The notes: a model not told the origin generated them from the letters alone. A DNA stretch of 64,000 nt from Oscillospiraceae bacterium (GCA_015063795.1 SVTL01000003.1:29328-93327); one strand, 5' to 3'; shown: positions 48,871 through 59,164, counted from the stretch's first letter. Translations and numbers: made by a program.

Positions 48871-49866
48871 ATGAAAGCGAAGGAAAAACAGAGAAAAAGC
48901 GAGGGAAGCGTGCATCGGTACAAGCGGGGCATTGTCCATTCGATCCTGATCGCGCTGGTGCTGATCGTGCTGGTGGCGCGCTTTTTCCGCGGGGATTATT
49001 ATTCGGTCTTTCTCTGCCTGCTGACGCTGCTTTTGTTCAACATTCCGCTGATCGTGGACCATGCTTTCAAGGTCAGCATCCCGAAAACGCTGGAGATCAT
49101 CATCCTCTTTTTCATCTTCGCGGCGGAGATCTTGGGGGAGATCGGCAGCTTTTACACCTACATATCCTGGTGGGACACCATGCTCCACACCCTCAACGGC
49201 TTTCTGATGGCGGCCATCGGCTTTGCCATGATCGACGTGCTGAACAACCACCCCAAGTTTCACATCAGCCTCTCGCCCGTGTTCGTGGCGGTTGTGGCCT
49301 TCTGCTTTTCGATGACGGTGGGCGTTGTGTGGGAGTTTTTTGAATTTTTCATGGATTCGTGCATGGGCACCGATATGCAGAAGGACCGCATGGTGCAGGC
49401 CTTTGCCTCGGTGGCGCTCAATCCGAACGGCGTCAACGATCCGATCACGGTAAAGGGAATCGCCGAAACGGTGATCGTGTATGAAGAAAACGGACAAGAG
49501 CTGACGCGCACGCTGTCGGGCGGATACCTGGACATCGGCGTGATCGACACCATGAAGGATCTGATCGTCAACTGCATCGGGGCGGTGGTCTTTTCCATCG
49601 TCGGTTATTTTTACATTCTCGGGCGCAACAAGGGCATTTTCGCCTCCCGCTTCATTCCCCGGATGAAGACCGCCGAGGAGATCGCCGAGCATGAGCGTCT
49701 GGTGGAATTGTGGAAGGAAGAGCATTCGCTGGAGAAGCGCCGTGAGGAGATCGCGGATCTCAGACAGAAGCGGGCGGAAAAGAGAAGGTCCAACACAAAA
49801 GAAGATCGAAAAGAAGATCAGAATAACGATGAAAAGCCGGATAAAACCGAACAAAAAACCAAATGA
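48871..49866 (+). CDS. hypothetical polytopic membrane protein with a Lys/Glu-rich C-terminal tail
   Basis: ATG 48871 lies directly after the previous stop. About 5-6 TM helices. WWDTMLHTLNGF is reminiscent of YjdF/DUF2238-type proteins; this assignment is unverified. Confidence 0.55.
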   Translation: MKAKEKQRKSEGSVHRYKRGIVHSILIALVLIVLVARFFRGDYYSVFLCLLTLLLFNIPLIVDHAFKVSIPKTLEIIILFFIFAAEILGEIGSFYTYISWWDTMLHTLNGFLMAAIGFAMIDVLNNHPKFHISLSPVFVAVVAFCFSMTVGVVWEFFEFFMDSCMGTDMQKDRMVQAFASVALNPNGVNDPITVKGIAETVIVYEENGQELTRTLSGGYLDIGVIDTMKDLIVNCIGAVVFSIVGYFYILGRNKGIFASRFIPRMKTAEEIAEHERLVELWKEEHSLEKRREEIADLRQKRAEKRRSNTKEDRKEDQNNDEKPDKTEQKTK

Positions 49867-49942
49867 AAAACCGATCTCTGAGAGGATTCTCGGGCAGACC
49901 GAGAGCCTGACGGAGACCTCGAAAGCCGTGCTGGAGCGGCAT

Positions 49943-50827
49943 ATGGTCCGCAAGAGCCGCAGGCAGAAGGCAGCGTTTGAAGCGTTTTTGAGAGAACGCT
50001 ATCCGTCGCTGCAAGTTGAGGAGGGCGGCATTCTCAAAAGCCGCAATCTGATCGTGGGGGATGTGGAAACGGCGGACATTCTCTTCACCGCCCATTATGA
50101 TACCTGTGCGGTCATGCCCATTCCCAATTTCATCACGCCGAAAAACATTGTCTTCTACCTGCTGTATGCGGTGGGACTGGGGGCTTTTCTTGTGATTCTG
50201 CTGTCGCTGGCGGCGTTTTTGCTCAGCGAAGGGCTGTCTCTGCCCTTTTTGTTCCGCCCGCTGTATACGTTCGGGCTGATCGCCGTTCTGCTGCTGATGA
50301 TCGCCGGGCCTGCCAACCGCGTGACGGTCAATGACAACACCTCGGGCGTTCTGCTTCTGTGCGAGCTGATGGAGCGCTGCAGCCCGGAGGAGAAGAAAAA
50401 AGCGGCGTTTGTCTTTTTTGACAACGAGGAGCCGGGGCTGTTCGGCTCGTCCTATTTCCGCAAGCGGCACGGACAGAGCGTGCAGGGCAAGCTTCTGATC
50501 AATTTCGACTGCATTTCCGACGGCGACCATCTGATGCTGGTCATGAGCCGCTTGGCGGAGAGACGGTACAAGCAGGCGCTGGAGAGGGCCTTTCTGCCTC
50601 CGCCCGACGGGAGCAAGACCATCGCCTTCGAGCAGGCAGGCAAAACCTTTTATCCCTCCGACCAGATGGGCTTTGCCTGCGGCGTGGGCGTGGGCGCATT
50701 TCATCAAAAGCCGATCCTCGGCCCCTGTCTGGGGAGGATCCACACGCCGCGCGATCGGGTGCTGGATGCGGACAATCTGTCGCTTCTGACCGATGCCTGC
50801 CGACGGCTTATGAAGAGTGAAGAGTGA
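49943..50827 (+). CDS. M28-family metallopeptidase-like membrane protein
   Basis: ILFTAHYDTC, NDNTSGVLLLCELM and FVFFDNEEPGLFGSSYF match the M28 zinc-ligand blocks. The ORF opens at 49691. ATG 49829 and ATG 49943 (ggag, 6-nt spacing) are both possible starts. Confidence 0.65.
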   Translation: MVRKSRRQKAAFEAFLRERYPSLQVEEGGILKSRNLIVGDVETADILFTAHYDTCAVMPIPNFITPKNIVFYLLYAVGLGAFLVILLSLAAFLLSEGLSLPFLFRPLYTFGLIAVLLLMIAGPANRVTVNDNTSGVLLLCELMERCSPEEKKKAAFVFFDNEEPGLFGSSYFRKRHGQSVQGKLLINFDCISDGDHLMLVMSRLAERRYKQALERAFLPPPDGSKTIAFEQAGKTFYPSDQMGFACGVGVGAFHQKPILGPCLGRIHTPRDRVLDADNLSLLTDACRRLMKSEE

Positions 50828-50860
50828 AAAGTGAAGAGTGAAAAGTGAAGAGGTAAGGAA

Positions 50861-50888
50861 GGGTTTCGCTTTGGCGAAACCCTGTTTT
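50861..50888. terminator. terminator hairpin between convergent genes
   Basis: gggtttcgc (50861-50869) / gcgaaaccc (50874-50882) followed by tgttttt. Confidence 0.7.
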
Positions 50889-50900
50889 TGCAATAAAGAG

Positions 50901-51449
50901 TCAGACCTTTTTTAAAATCGGAAAGCGTGTGCATCGGCCGTCCTTTTCCAAAACAGCCTCCTCCCCCTCCAGATAAAAAACAGCACCCTTGGCCGCCCGC
51001 CTTGCGGAGCGTGTCAACTTAAGGCAGTGGCGGGGGGAGAGAAGACAGCCGTCCTTCCTTCGCCACACCGCTCCGCGGACGAGGGAGAGGAGCGTTTCCC
51101 CTCCTTTTTTCAAACGCGCTTCGCTGCGGCATGACAGCATGGCCTCCGATTCGTGCAGCAGGACCGTCTCCGAGAGGAACAGACAGGGTGTGTAACGGAA
51201 GCGCTTGCGGCGGTCGCCGTCCTGCTCGTAGCGTCCGATCAGGGCAGGGAAGAGCTTTTGACGCAGGGCGTCCTCCTCGCGCTCGGCCGCCTGGCGGTAA
51301 AAATCCGAAAGAGCACCAACCGCTTCCGCGGATGGGAATCGGAAGAAAAAACGAAGCAAAACGGTACCGTCATGGGTCAGCTCTCCGCTTTGCGTGACCG
51401 TTTGATGAAAAGAATTGGCCACTGTGACAAATCTCCCTTCAAAAAGCAA
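50901..51449 (-). CDS. hypothetical protein
   Basis: 182-aa ORF with coding-like composition and no recognised motif. Confidence 0.45.
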   Translation of the reverse strand: MLFEGRFVTVANSFHQTVTQSGELTHDGTVLLRFFFRFPSAEAVGALSDFYRQAAEREEDALRQKLFPALIGRYEQDGDRRKRFRYTPCLFLSETVLLHESEAMLSCRSEARLKKGGETLLSLVRGAVWRRKDGCLLSPRHCLKLTRSARRAAKGAVFYLEGEEAVLEKDGRCTRFPILKKV

Positions 51450-51490
51450 AAGTTTTTTGTGAAAAGGATGGAGAAAATGTGAAAAATCCC

Positions 51491-51520
51491 TTTACAAAAT
51501 CTGTTTGTATATGCTATACT
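51491..51520 (+). promoter_or_regulatory. promoter of the esterase cluster
   Basis: TTTACA (51491-51496), 18 nt, TGc-TATACT (51515-51520). Confidence 0.55.
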
Positions 51521-51583
51521 ATATAAAGGTATCGTATCTTTATGATAGAGTATAGAAAAAACAGTTAGAGAAAGGGTCGTATT

Positions 51584-53992
51584 ATGAAAAAAACCACGTT
51601 TAAGCTTTTCAGTGCCGTGATGGCGCTCCTTCTGCTGATGCTGACGGGATGCCTGATGTCCTGCAACGGAACGGTCGATGAGGGCGAAGAGTCCGGCGAT
51701 GACACCACCGCCGTCGAGCCCGAGGTCATCGCTCCCGTGGGACCGAAGCTGACCTCACTCACGCTTGACAACGGTGAAAGCATCGCCTTTGCCGCTGAGA
51801 CCTATTCGTATGCCGTCTCCCTGCCCGCAGGCAGACCCCGTATCCCCCGTGTAAGCGCGGAGGCCGAGGCCGGCGCCGAGGTCAAGATCTATCAGGCCAC
51901 CTTTGCCGATTCCCAGGCCGAGGCCAAGGCCAAGATCGAGGTCAAGGGCGCAGAGGCCACCAGTGTGTATGAGGTGGTCTTCACCAAGGACAGCGCCAAG
52001 GGTTTTGAGCTTCAGTTTGACGACCGTTATACATACAAGCCTGCTTACACGCTGGCTGCCGGCGAGTCCTTCGCCTTTGAAAGCTCGGATGCTGCGATCG
52101 CATCGGTTGACAGCACCGGTCTGATCACCGCCAAGGCTGTTTCGGGCACCCCTGTGACCATCACTGCCAAGGTAAACGGCGAGGTCAAGGAAACGCTTGT
52201 GATCAACAAGATCAACAAGGCGCAGCTCAGCGTCTTCCTCATCGTCGGCCAGTCCAATGCGGCCGGCTCGTCGGACAGCGGCGTTGACCGCACCAAGGAG
52301 GTCCGTGCCAGCGACAAGCCCACCATCGGTAAGGGCTATTGCTTGGAGGTCTCCCACACCGGCAGCTTCAACAAGCCCTATGACCTGATGCGCGGCCGTA
52401 ACGGCTTCTCGCCCGCTCTGGCCAAGACCTGGTATGACCTGACCGGCGAAAAGGTCCTCTGCGTGCAGAGCGCCGTCGGCGGCTCCCCCATTGAAAACTG
52501 GGAAAAGGGCGGCGACCGTTACTACGGAAGCGGCTCGAAGAATCTGTATGACAACACGCTGGCTGCTTACACCGACATCAAGGAGCAGTATGCCAAGGAC
52601 GATTCCACCTTTGAGATCGTCCGCGTCCACTATTACTGGTGCCAGGGTGAGACCGCCATGTCCTCCACCTGGTACGGCGGCAACGACTGCAACTGGAGCT
52701 TCAACCTGAACAAGCCCGCCAACTACATCATGACCGCCGACGATTACTACAACAAGTTCACCGCCAACCATGCCAACTTTGTTGCGGATATGGATGTTGA
52801 GATCGGCGCGATCATGCTCGTCCGCTGCGTGGCCGGCAGAGCCAGCGCGGAGAACAAGGCCGTCCAGCAGCTGACCGACCTGGTCCCTGCCAGAGCCGCT
52901 CAGTATGCGCTGAACAACACCAACGGCGATACCATCGTCATCGCATCCCGTATCTCCGACATCGCCCGCATGGAGTCCTATTCCGATAAGAACGCTCCCG
53001 GCTGGGGATACATGGGCCCGCAGAACCTGCACTACTTGCAGAGAGGCTACAATGCCCAGGGTGTCGAGCTGGCCACCAACACCTTCTCCATGGTCAATGC
53101 TTACACCGACCGTTCCGCCAAGACTCTTGAGGTTCTGAACACCGATGGCCGCACCAAGCTGATCGAGGGTGAGAAGGTCACCATCAAGGCCGGCGACAGC
53201 AAGCAGATCACCGCTATCGTCCTGCCTCTGTATGCCGAAGAGAAGAAGATCACCTATACCGTCACCGAGGGCGCTGATGTCTGCTCGGTCGATATCTACG
53301 GCATGATCACCGTTGCTCCCACCGCCGCTGACGGCGCCACCGCTGTGATCACCATCGAAAGCGAGAGCGGTCTGAAGCACACGGTCAATGTCATCGTCAA
53401 GGGCGCGCCCGTCAAGACCGACATCGTCTACCGCTGGGATTTCAACGACACCAAGGAAAAGGACGGTAAGAACAACCTGACCGACGGCGCCAAGTCCACC
53501 AAGGCTTACACCATTGCCGACGGTCTGTATACCGCCACCGACCGCACCACCGACTTTGCCATGGAAAAGCCCATCCATCTGGATGCCACGGCCGACTGGA
53601 CCATCGAATGGAAGGCCAAGATCGACAACTCCTCCGCTCTGTTCGGAACCGCCGGTACCGACACCAACTTCATCTATCTGGCCATCGGCGTCGGCGCATG
53701 GAACTATCCCTTCCGCATGGTCACCGAATCCACCGGCGCTCTCATGATCCCCTATGGCGATTACAAGGATCTGAATAAGGAAATGAACACCTGGAAGGCT
53801 GCTTACACCGCCTCGGACAACAAGCTCACCCTGTATTTCCTCAAGGATACCACCTGGGAGACCGTGGGCAGCGTTTCCACCGGCACTTCCTTCGATTTTA
53901 ACTTCACCAACCTCTTCGGACGCTTCAAGGACGGCACCAACGTGGACCTGATCGGCTCGGTCGATTACGTCCAGATCAGCTTCAAGGGCTAA
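51584..53992 (+). CDS. multidomain lipoprotein: cadherin-like beta-sandwich, Big_2, SASA-type (sialate O-acetylesterase-like) esterase, Big_2, LamG-like module
   Basis: Lipobox LMLTGC. LSVFLIVGQSNAAGSS (GQSN nucleophile block) and HYYWCQGETAM (QGE block) are SASA/DUF303 features. Big_2-like FESSDAAIASVDSTGLITAKAVSGTPVTITAKV. C-terminal YRWDFND... module. Confidence 0.7.
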   Translation: MKKTTFKLFSAVMALLLLMLTGCLMSCNGTVDEGEESGDDTTAVEPEVIAPVGPKLTSLTLDNGESIAFAAETYSYAVSLPAGRPRIPRVSAEAEAGAEVKIYQATFADSQAEAKAKIEVKGAEATSVYEVVFTKDSAKGFELQFDDRYTYKPAYTLAAGESFAFESSDAAIASVDSTGLITAKAVSGTPVTITAKVNGEVKETLVINKINKAQLSVFLIVGQSNAAGSSDSGVDRTKEVRASDKPTIGKGYCLEVSHTGSFNKPYDLMRGRNGFSPALAKTWYDLTGEKVLCVQSAVGGSPIENWEKGGDRYYGSGSKNLYDNTLAAYTDIKEQYAKDDSTFEIVRVHYYWCQGETAMSSTWYGGNDCNWSFNLNKPANYIMTADDYYNKFTANHANFVADMDVEIGAIMLVRCVAGRASAENKAVQQLTDLVPARAAQYALNNTNGDTIVIASRISDIARMESYSDKNAPGWGYMGPQNLHYLQRGYNAQGVELATNTFSMVNAYTDRSAKTLEVLNTDGRTKLIEGEKVTIKAGDSKQITAIVLPLYAEEKKITYTVTEGADVCSVDIYGMITVAPTAADGATAVITIESESGLKHTVNVIVKGAPVKTDIVYRWDFNDTKEKDGKNNLTDGAKSTKAYTIADGLYTATDRTTDFAMEKPIHLDATADWTIEWKAKIDNSSALFGTAGTDTNFIYLAIGVGAWNYPFRMVTESTGALMIPYGDYKDLNKEMNTWKAAYTASDNKLTLYFLKDTTWETVGSVSTGTSFDFNFTNLFGRFKDGTNVDLIGSVDYVQISFKG

Positions 53993-54071
53993 GCCCGACC
54001 ACCCCCTTTGATTCTCTATCCCCTCGGCGTTTGACCGTCGGGGATCCAATAAAACCGAAAGGATGTCCATT

Positions 54072-57000
54072 ATGAAAAAGTCTGTAACCAAGTGGATCGT
54101 TGCCCTTTTGGCTGTTGCTGTGCTGGCTATGGCGGCTCTGTTTGCCGTGGCGGCTGTCAACGGCGATGTGAACGGCGACGGTTCGGTCAACCTCACAGAT
54201 GCTGTGCGTGTTCTGCAGAAGCTGACGGGCCTTTCCGCCTCCGATGCCGATGCCAACGGCGACAGCGCCACCGACCTGAAGGATGCCACCGCCATCCTCG
54301 GCGAGATGAATGCAAAGGGCCCCAAGCTGGCCTCGCTCTCTCTCGATGACGGCACGGCCATCGCCTTTGCTCCCGACACCCATATCTACACCGTCACGCT
54401 TCCCGACGGAAGGCCGCGCATTCCCCGTGTGAATGCAACCGCCGCTGCGGGCGCAGAGGTCACCGTCTATCAGGCCACCTTTGCCGATGATCAGGCTGAG
54501 GCCATGGCCAAGATCCTCGTCAAGAGCAGCGCAGGCGAAAGCACCTATCAGGTCCGCTTCGTCAAGGACCGCTCTGCCGGCTTCCAGCTGCAGTATGACG
54601 ACCGTTATGTCTATCAGCCCACCGCTTACCAGCTGGGCGGCGGCGAAAGCTTCACCTTCACCAGCTCCGACAGCTCGATCGCTTCGATCGACAGCAAGGG
54701 TACCATCACCGCCAAGGCTGTGTCCAGCACCCCTGTGACCATCACCGCCAAGGTGAACGGCGTTTTGAAGGAAACGCTTGTCATTGACAAGATCAACAAG
54801 GCACAGCTCAGCGTCTTCCTGATCGTCGGCCAGTCCAATGCGGCCGGCTCGTCCGACAGCGGCGTTGACCGCGATCAGGAAAAGAAGGACAGCGACAAGC
54901 CCACCGTCGGTAAGGCCTACTGCCTGGATGTTGCGCACACCGGTGCTTATGCAACGCCGTATGACCTGTCCGCCGGCCGCAACGGCTTTTCTCCCTCCCT
55001 GTCCAAGACCTGGTATAATCTGACCGGCGAAAAGGTTCTCTGCATCCAGAGCGCCGTGGGCGGCTCTCCCATTGAAAACTGGGAAAAGGGCGGCGACCGT
55101 TACTACGGCGGCTCCTCCTCCAAGAACCTGTACGATAACACGCTGGCTGCCTATACCGATTATAAGGCACGCTATGCCGCTGCCGATTCCAACTTTGAGA
55201 TCATCCGCACCCACTATTACTGGTGCCAGGGCGAGACGGCTATGGGCTCTACTTGGTACGGCGCTCCCGACTACAACTGGAGCTTCAACATCAGCAAGCC
55301 TGCCAACTACATCATGACCGCGGACGATTACTACACCCGCTTCACCAAGATCCATGAGACCTTTGTGGCAGACATGGATGTGGAAGTGGGCGGCATCATG
55401 CTCGTCCGCTGCGTGTCGGGTAAGGCCAGCGACGAGAGCAAGTCCCTCCAGCTGCTCACCGACCTCGTTCCCGCCAGAGCGGCTCAGTATGCTCTGCACA
55501 ACTTCGGCGTTCCCTCTCTCGTGATCGCCTCCCGTCTGTGCGACATTGCCCGCATGGAGACCTCCACCGATAAGGTTTCGCCCGGATGGGGCTATATGGG
55601 TCCTGCCAACCTGCACTATCTGCAGAGAGGCTATGACGCTCAGGGTATCGAGCTGGCAACCAATGCCTTTGCCATGGTCAACGCTTACTCTGACCGTACC
55701 GCCACCGATCTGGAAGTGATCGACACCAACGGCCGTACCCGTTTCGCCGATGGTGAGGAGATCGTCATCGAGGCCGGCAAGTCCAAGCAGATCACGGCCA
55801 TCGTTCTGCCTCTGTATGCAGAGGATAAGACCATCACCTATACCGTCACCGAGGGCGCTTCCTTCTGCTCGATCGACAAGTACGGTATGATCACGCTGTC
55901 CGAGACGGCAACCGCAGGCAGTAAGGCCACCATCGTCATCGCCAACGGCAGCGGTCTGAAGAAGACGCTGAACGTTAAGGTCGACGGCGCGGTGCAGATG
56001 GTCGTCAAGACCTTCCGTTGGGACTTCAACGGCAACCTGAACGAAGCCAACAGCGGCGTCGCTCTTGTTGACGGTCCTCTGTCCACCAAGGCTTACACCG
56101 TTGGCAGCGAAACGATCACCATCACCAATGCCACCACCGACTTCACCCTGCCTCAGCCTATCCATCTCGATGAGACCTTTGACTGGTCCATGGAGTGGAG
56201 AGCCGCTCAGGGATCGGCCAACTGCGCTCTGTTCGGCGTGAACGGCTCGACGTCCAACTTCATCTATCTCGCACACCGTGTCGGCGGCTTCGGCTATCCC
56301 TTCCGCATGGTCACCGGCGACGGCACGGCGGTCATGATCCCCTATGGCTCTTATGTGGAAAAGCCGCAGACCATGAGCCGCTGGAAGGCCGAATACACCA
56401 TGACGAACAAGACGCTCACGCTCTATTACTACAACGAGACCACCTCCGCTTGGGAGACGGTCGGCAGCATGGCGATGCCCGCCGGCTTCACCTATGACTT
56501 CACCAACCTCTTCGGCCGTTATTCCACGGCTGCCAATGTCAACTTCAAGGGTGAGGTCGACTTTGTCACCATCACCGGACAGGTCGAATCGACCGGAGAA
56601 GTGGTTCAGCCCACCACCGAGCTTCGTGAGACCACCTTCCGTTGGGATTTCAACGGCAACCTGAACGAAGCCAACGGCGGCGGCGCGCTGGTTGACGGTC
56701 CCAAGTCCACGAAAAAGTATACCATCGGCACGAACACCATCACCCTCACCGACCGCACCACCGACTTCTCTCTGCCCAACCGCATCTGCCTCGATCAGTC
56801 CTATGATTGGTCTTTTGAGTGGAGAGGTAAGAACGATGCGGCCAATGCGCTGTTCGGTTCGGAGGGTGCAACCACCGACTTTATCTACCTTGCTTACGGC
56901 GTGGGAACCGCCTTCGGTGCGTCCTATGCCAATCCCTTCCGTATGGTGGATTCCTCCGGTTATGCGCTGATGGTTCCCTTCGGCGATTATAAGCCCTATT

Positions 57001-57239
57001 GCTCGCAGATGCACACCTGGAAGGCAGAATATAAGGCTTCCGACATGAAGCTGACCTTCTATTCCTATGACGATGCCAATGCCAAGTGGGATACGGTGGG
57101 CAGCTTCACGGCAACCAAGAACTTCACCTTCTTCTTCACCAACCTCTTTGGCCGCTACAAGGAAGGCACCAACGTCAACTATAAGGGTGAGGTGGATTAC
57201 GTGACCATCACCGCCAAGGCGGAATTCAAGGTAGGCTAA
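54072..57239 (+). CDS. paralogous SASA-type esterase with an N-terminal dockerin and two C-terminal LamG-like modules
   Basis: Signal peptide, then VNGDVNGDGSVNLTDAVRVLQKL...DADANGDSATDLKDATAIL (two dockerin Ca-binding repeats). Same core as 51584..53992 (LSVFLIVGQSNAAGSS, HYYWCQGETAM). FRWDFNGNLNEAN... module occurs twice. ATG 54072 follows aaagga; the ORF opens at 54063. Confidence 0.72.
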   Translation: MKKSVTKWIVALLAVAVLAMAALFAVAAVNGDVNGDGSVNLTDAVRVLQKLTGLSASDADANGDSATDLKDATAILGEMNAKGPKLASLSLDDGTAIAFAPDTHIYTVTLPDGRPRIPRVNATAAAGAEVTVYQATFADDQAEAMAKILVKSSAGESTYQVRFVKDRSAGFQLQYDDRYVYQPTAYQLGGGESFTFTSSDSSIASIDSKGTITAKAVSSTPVTITAKVNGVLKETLVIDKINKAQLSVFLIVGQSNAAGSSDSGVDRDQEKKDSDKPTVGKAYCLDVAHTGAYATPYDLSAGRNGFSPSLSKTWYNLTGEKVLCIQSAVGGSPIENWEKGGDRYYGGSSSKNLYDNTLAAYTDYKARYAAADSNFEIIRTHYYWCQGETAMGSTWYGAPDYNWSFNISKPANYIMTADDYYTRFTKIHETFVADMDVEVGGIMLVRCVSGKASDESKSLQLLTDLVPARAAQYALHNFGVPSLVIASRLCDIARMETSTDKVSPGWGYMGPANLHYLQRGYDAQGIELATNAFAMVNAYSDRTATDLEVIDTNGRTRFADGEEIVIEAGKSKQITAIVLPLYAEDKTITYTVTEGASFCSIDKYGMITLSETATAGSKATIVIANGSGLKKTLNVKVDGAVQMVVKTFRWDFNGNLNEANSGVALVDGPLSTKAYTVGSETITITNATTDFTLPQPIHLDETFDWSMEWRAAQGSANCALFGVNGSTSNFIYLAHRVGGFGYPFRMVTGDGTAVMIPYGSYVEKPQTMSRWKAEYTMTNKTLTLYYYNETTSAWETVGSMAMPAGFTYDFTNLFGRYSTAANVNFKGEVDFVTITGQVESTGEVVQPTTELRETTFRWDFNGNLNEANGGGALVDGPKSTKKYTIGTNTITLTDRTTDFSLPNRICLDQSYDWSFEWRGKNDAANALFGSEGATTDFIYLAYGVGTAFGASYANPFRMVDSSGYALMVPFGDYKPYCSQMHTWKAEYKASDMKLTFYSYDDANAKWDTVGSFTATKNFTFFFTNLFGRYKEGTNVNYKGEVDYVTITAKAEFKVG

Positions 57240-57325
57240 GCCTGCTTCGTACAAATTCAATCGATTTCATCCTGCGAGGCGGACTGACACGATCGGTCCG
57301 CCTCCCTTACAAACGGAGAACTGTT

Positions 57326-59038
57326 ATGAAAAAGCTTTTTTCCTGTCTTTTGGCCGGCCTTCTCTCGCTGACCGTTCTCACTCCCTTTGCTTCGGCGGCT
57401 CTGACCGAGGAACAGCAGAAAACGCTGATCGCCTACACCGAGACATTCGTCACCGAAGGCAATGAAGCCGGCAAGCTGCTGTATGGAAACCCGAAAGTGA
57501 AAAACTACGGCCTTCCCCACAACATGATCCTGAACGTCTGCAACAGCCTTTCGGACATCACCGGAAACGCCATCCCTCCCAAATCGCCTGCAGTCACCTT
57601 CCCCGGGGAGTATCTCATCCTCGATTGCTCCGCTTTTTATCAGCTGATGTTCAAGGCGGTGTTCGGTCTCCGTACCGACTATACCTACAAAGGAATGTAC
57701 ACCGGCGGACACCATGCCAGCAACTGGTCCAGCGGCTTCTATTTCGGGCAGTATGACAAGGTGATGGCCGAGAATGAGGATGTGTTCAAGGTGTATAACC
57801 TGAAGGGCGAGGTCGTGGATCTGTTCGACACCATCGTCTATCTGGACGGCAAGCCCGGTGTGTACCACAGGGTAAATGAGCTGACCGCCTATCTGGAGCA
57901 GATGCAGCCGGGCGACCCCATCGTCGGCTACAACTACGACTCCGGCCTCGGTCACTTCATGTTCTATGCCGGCGATGGCTATCTCTATCATTCCACCTCC
58001 ACCCATCGTTCGTCCGATGTGTATGCCATGCGCAAGCAGAAGATCGAGGATACCGCCATTTCCTTCACCGATCTGAAGGTGCTCCGTCTGGCGGACAACA
58101 TCCTTGAGCCGGATTTTGCGGGCTATAACGTGCCGGTGGATTTTTCCAAGCTTTCGGCTCAGAAATCGGTTTTCGACACCAAGGCCCCCTATTTTGAGCG
58201 GGTCGATATCACCAAAAATGCAAGCGGACAGTTTGTGGTGGATGTGCGCGTTTCGGACGAATACGGCGATCTGCAGCCGCTGGCCTTTGCCAATCAGCCC
58301 GACATTCTCTACAAGAGCTCGGGATATGGAGAAAGCGGCGTGCTCGGCGCCATGCTGACCACCTCCTCCAAGGTGCCCGCCTTGTATTATGATTACAATC
58401 CCTCCAGCAATCCCTCGGCCGAGACCTATGCCTTCATCGGCAGCGAGCATCAGAACCGCACCTTCACGCGCACGCAGAATGCCAAGCAGATGTACAACGA
58501 AATGGGTTGGACCGATGCGACGATGACGCAGAAGCTTCATTATGGCTGTGCTTTCACAAAGGAAAACGGCAGCTATGTGTATGAAGCCGACGGCGAGACA
58601 AGAAAGTACACCAAGTATTATTACCAGCCCGGCAAGGACATCGGAACGCTTCTCGCCAGCGGACAGACCTACTATCTGCACGCCAAGGACTGCGCGGAGA
58701 ACACGGCTGCTCCCATCCGTCTGCTTCTGACCGACAAGGTCAGCTATGCCTTCGATGAATCCGGCGCCCTGCTGACGCGCTATGTGATGAATTATAAAAC
58801 CCATCCGCTGTCTGTTTCGGACATCACCGCCGACGGCAAGATCGACCTGTTCGATGCCATGAAGGCTCTGGAGCACATCAGCGGCACCAAGCGGCTTTTG
58901 TCCGATGCGGCCGTGGATGCCAACGGTGACGGCGTTGCCAATGTGCTGGATGTGATCACCATCCTGAAGAACGAGGGCAAAAAGCCCGAATTGGCCGCCG
59001 CTTTCAAGCCCATGACCGTTGCCGGTTACGTGGAATAA
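57326..59038 (+). CDS. secreted NlpC/P60-like cysteine peptidase-fold protein with a C-terminal dockerin
   Basis: Signal peptide. LILDCSAFYQLMF (Cys), GHFMFYAGDGYLYHST (His...His) in the NlpC/P60 arrangement. C-terminal DITADGKIDLFDAMKALEHI...DANGDGVANVLDVITILK dockerin. Confidence 0.65.
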   Translation: MKKLFSCLLAGLLSLTVLTPFASAALTEEQQKTLIAYTETFVTEGNEAGKLLYGNPKVKNYGLPHNMILNVCNSLSDITGNAIPPKSPAVTFPGEYLILDCSAFYQLMFKAVFGLRTDYTYKGMYTGGHHASNWSSGFYFGQYDKVMAENEDVFKVYNLKGEVVDLFDTIVYLDGKPGVYHRVNELTAYLEQMQPGDPIVGYNYDSGLGHFMFYAGDGYLYHSTSTHRSSDVYAMRKQKIEDTAISFTDLKVLRLADNILEPDFAGYNVPVDFSKLSAQKSVFDTKAPYFERVDITKNASGQFVVDVRVSDEYGDLQPLAFANQPDILYKSSGYGESGVLGAMLTTSSKVPALYYDYNPSSNPSAETYAFIGSEHQNRTFTRTQNAKQMYNEMGWTDATMTQKLHYGCAFTKENGSYVYEADGETRKYTKYYYQPGKDIGTLLASGQTYYLHAKDCAENTAAPIRLLLTDKVSYAFDESGALLTRYVMNYKTHPLSVSDITADGKIDLFDAMKALEHISGTKRLLSDAAVDANGDGVANVLDVITILKNEGKKPELAAAFKPMTVAGYVE

Positions 59039-59065
59039 GCGGCAAACGCAGCATAAAGACATGAA

Positions 59066-59101
59066 AAGACTCTCCGTGAAAAAAACGGGGAGTCTTTTTT
59101 G
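59066..59101 (+). terminator. Rho-independent terminator of the esterase cluster
   Basis: aagactctccg / cggggagtctt stem followed by tttttt. Confidence 0.75.
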
Positions 59102-59113
59102 GGGCAGAACAAA

Positions 59114-59140
59114 ACGGCGCCTGAAAAAACAGACGCCGCT
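59114..59140 (-). terminator. terminator of the CapA paralog pair
   Basis: ggcgcctg-aaaaaa-cagacgcc (one mismatch) with gttttgtt on the minus strand. Confidence 0.5.
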
Positions 59141-59164
59141 TTGTGATATGCGATGGAAATTTTT

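Noticed and set aside
50811-50858. Short purine-rich 14-bp repeat (gtgaagagtgaaaa x about 2.5) across the M28 gene stop
   Set aside because: It is too short and simple to assign any function, and is probably slippage-derived. Only the following hairpin terminator is reported.
51755-57260. 874-aa and 1092-aa minus-strand ORFs opposite the two esterase genes
   Set aside because: These are antisense shadows. Their translations are G/V/A/D-rich and repetitive without domains, whereas the plus strand has signal peptides, RBSs and recognisable SASA, Big_2 and dockerin modules.
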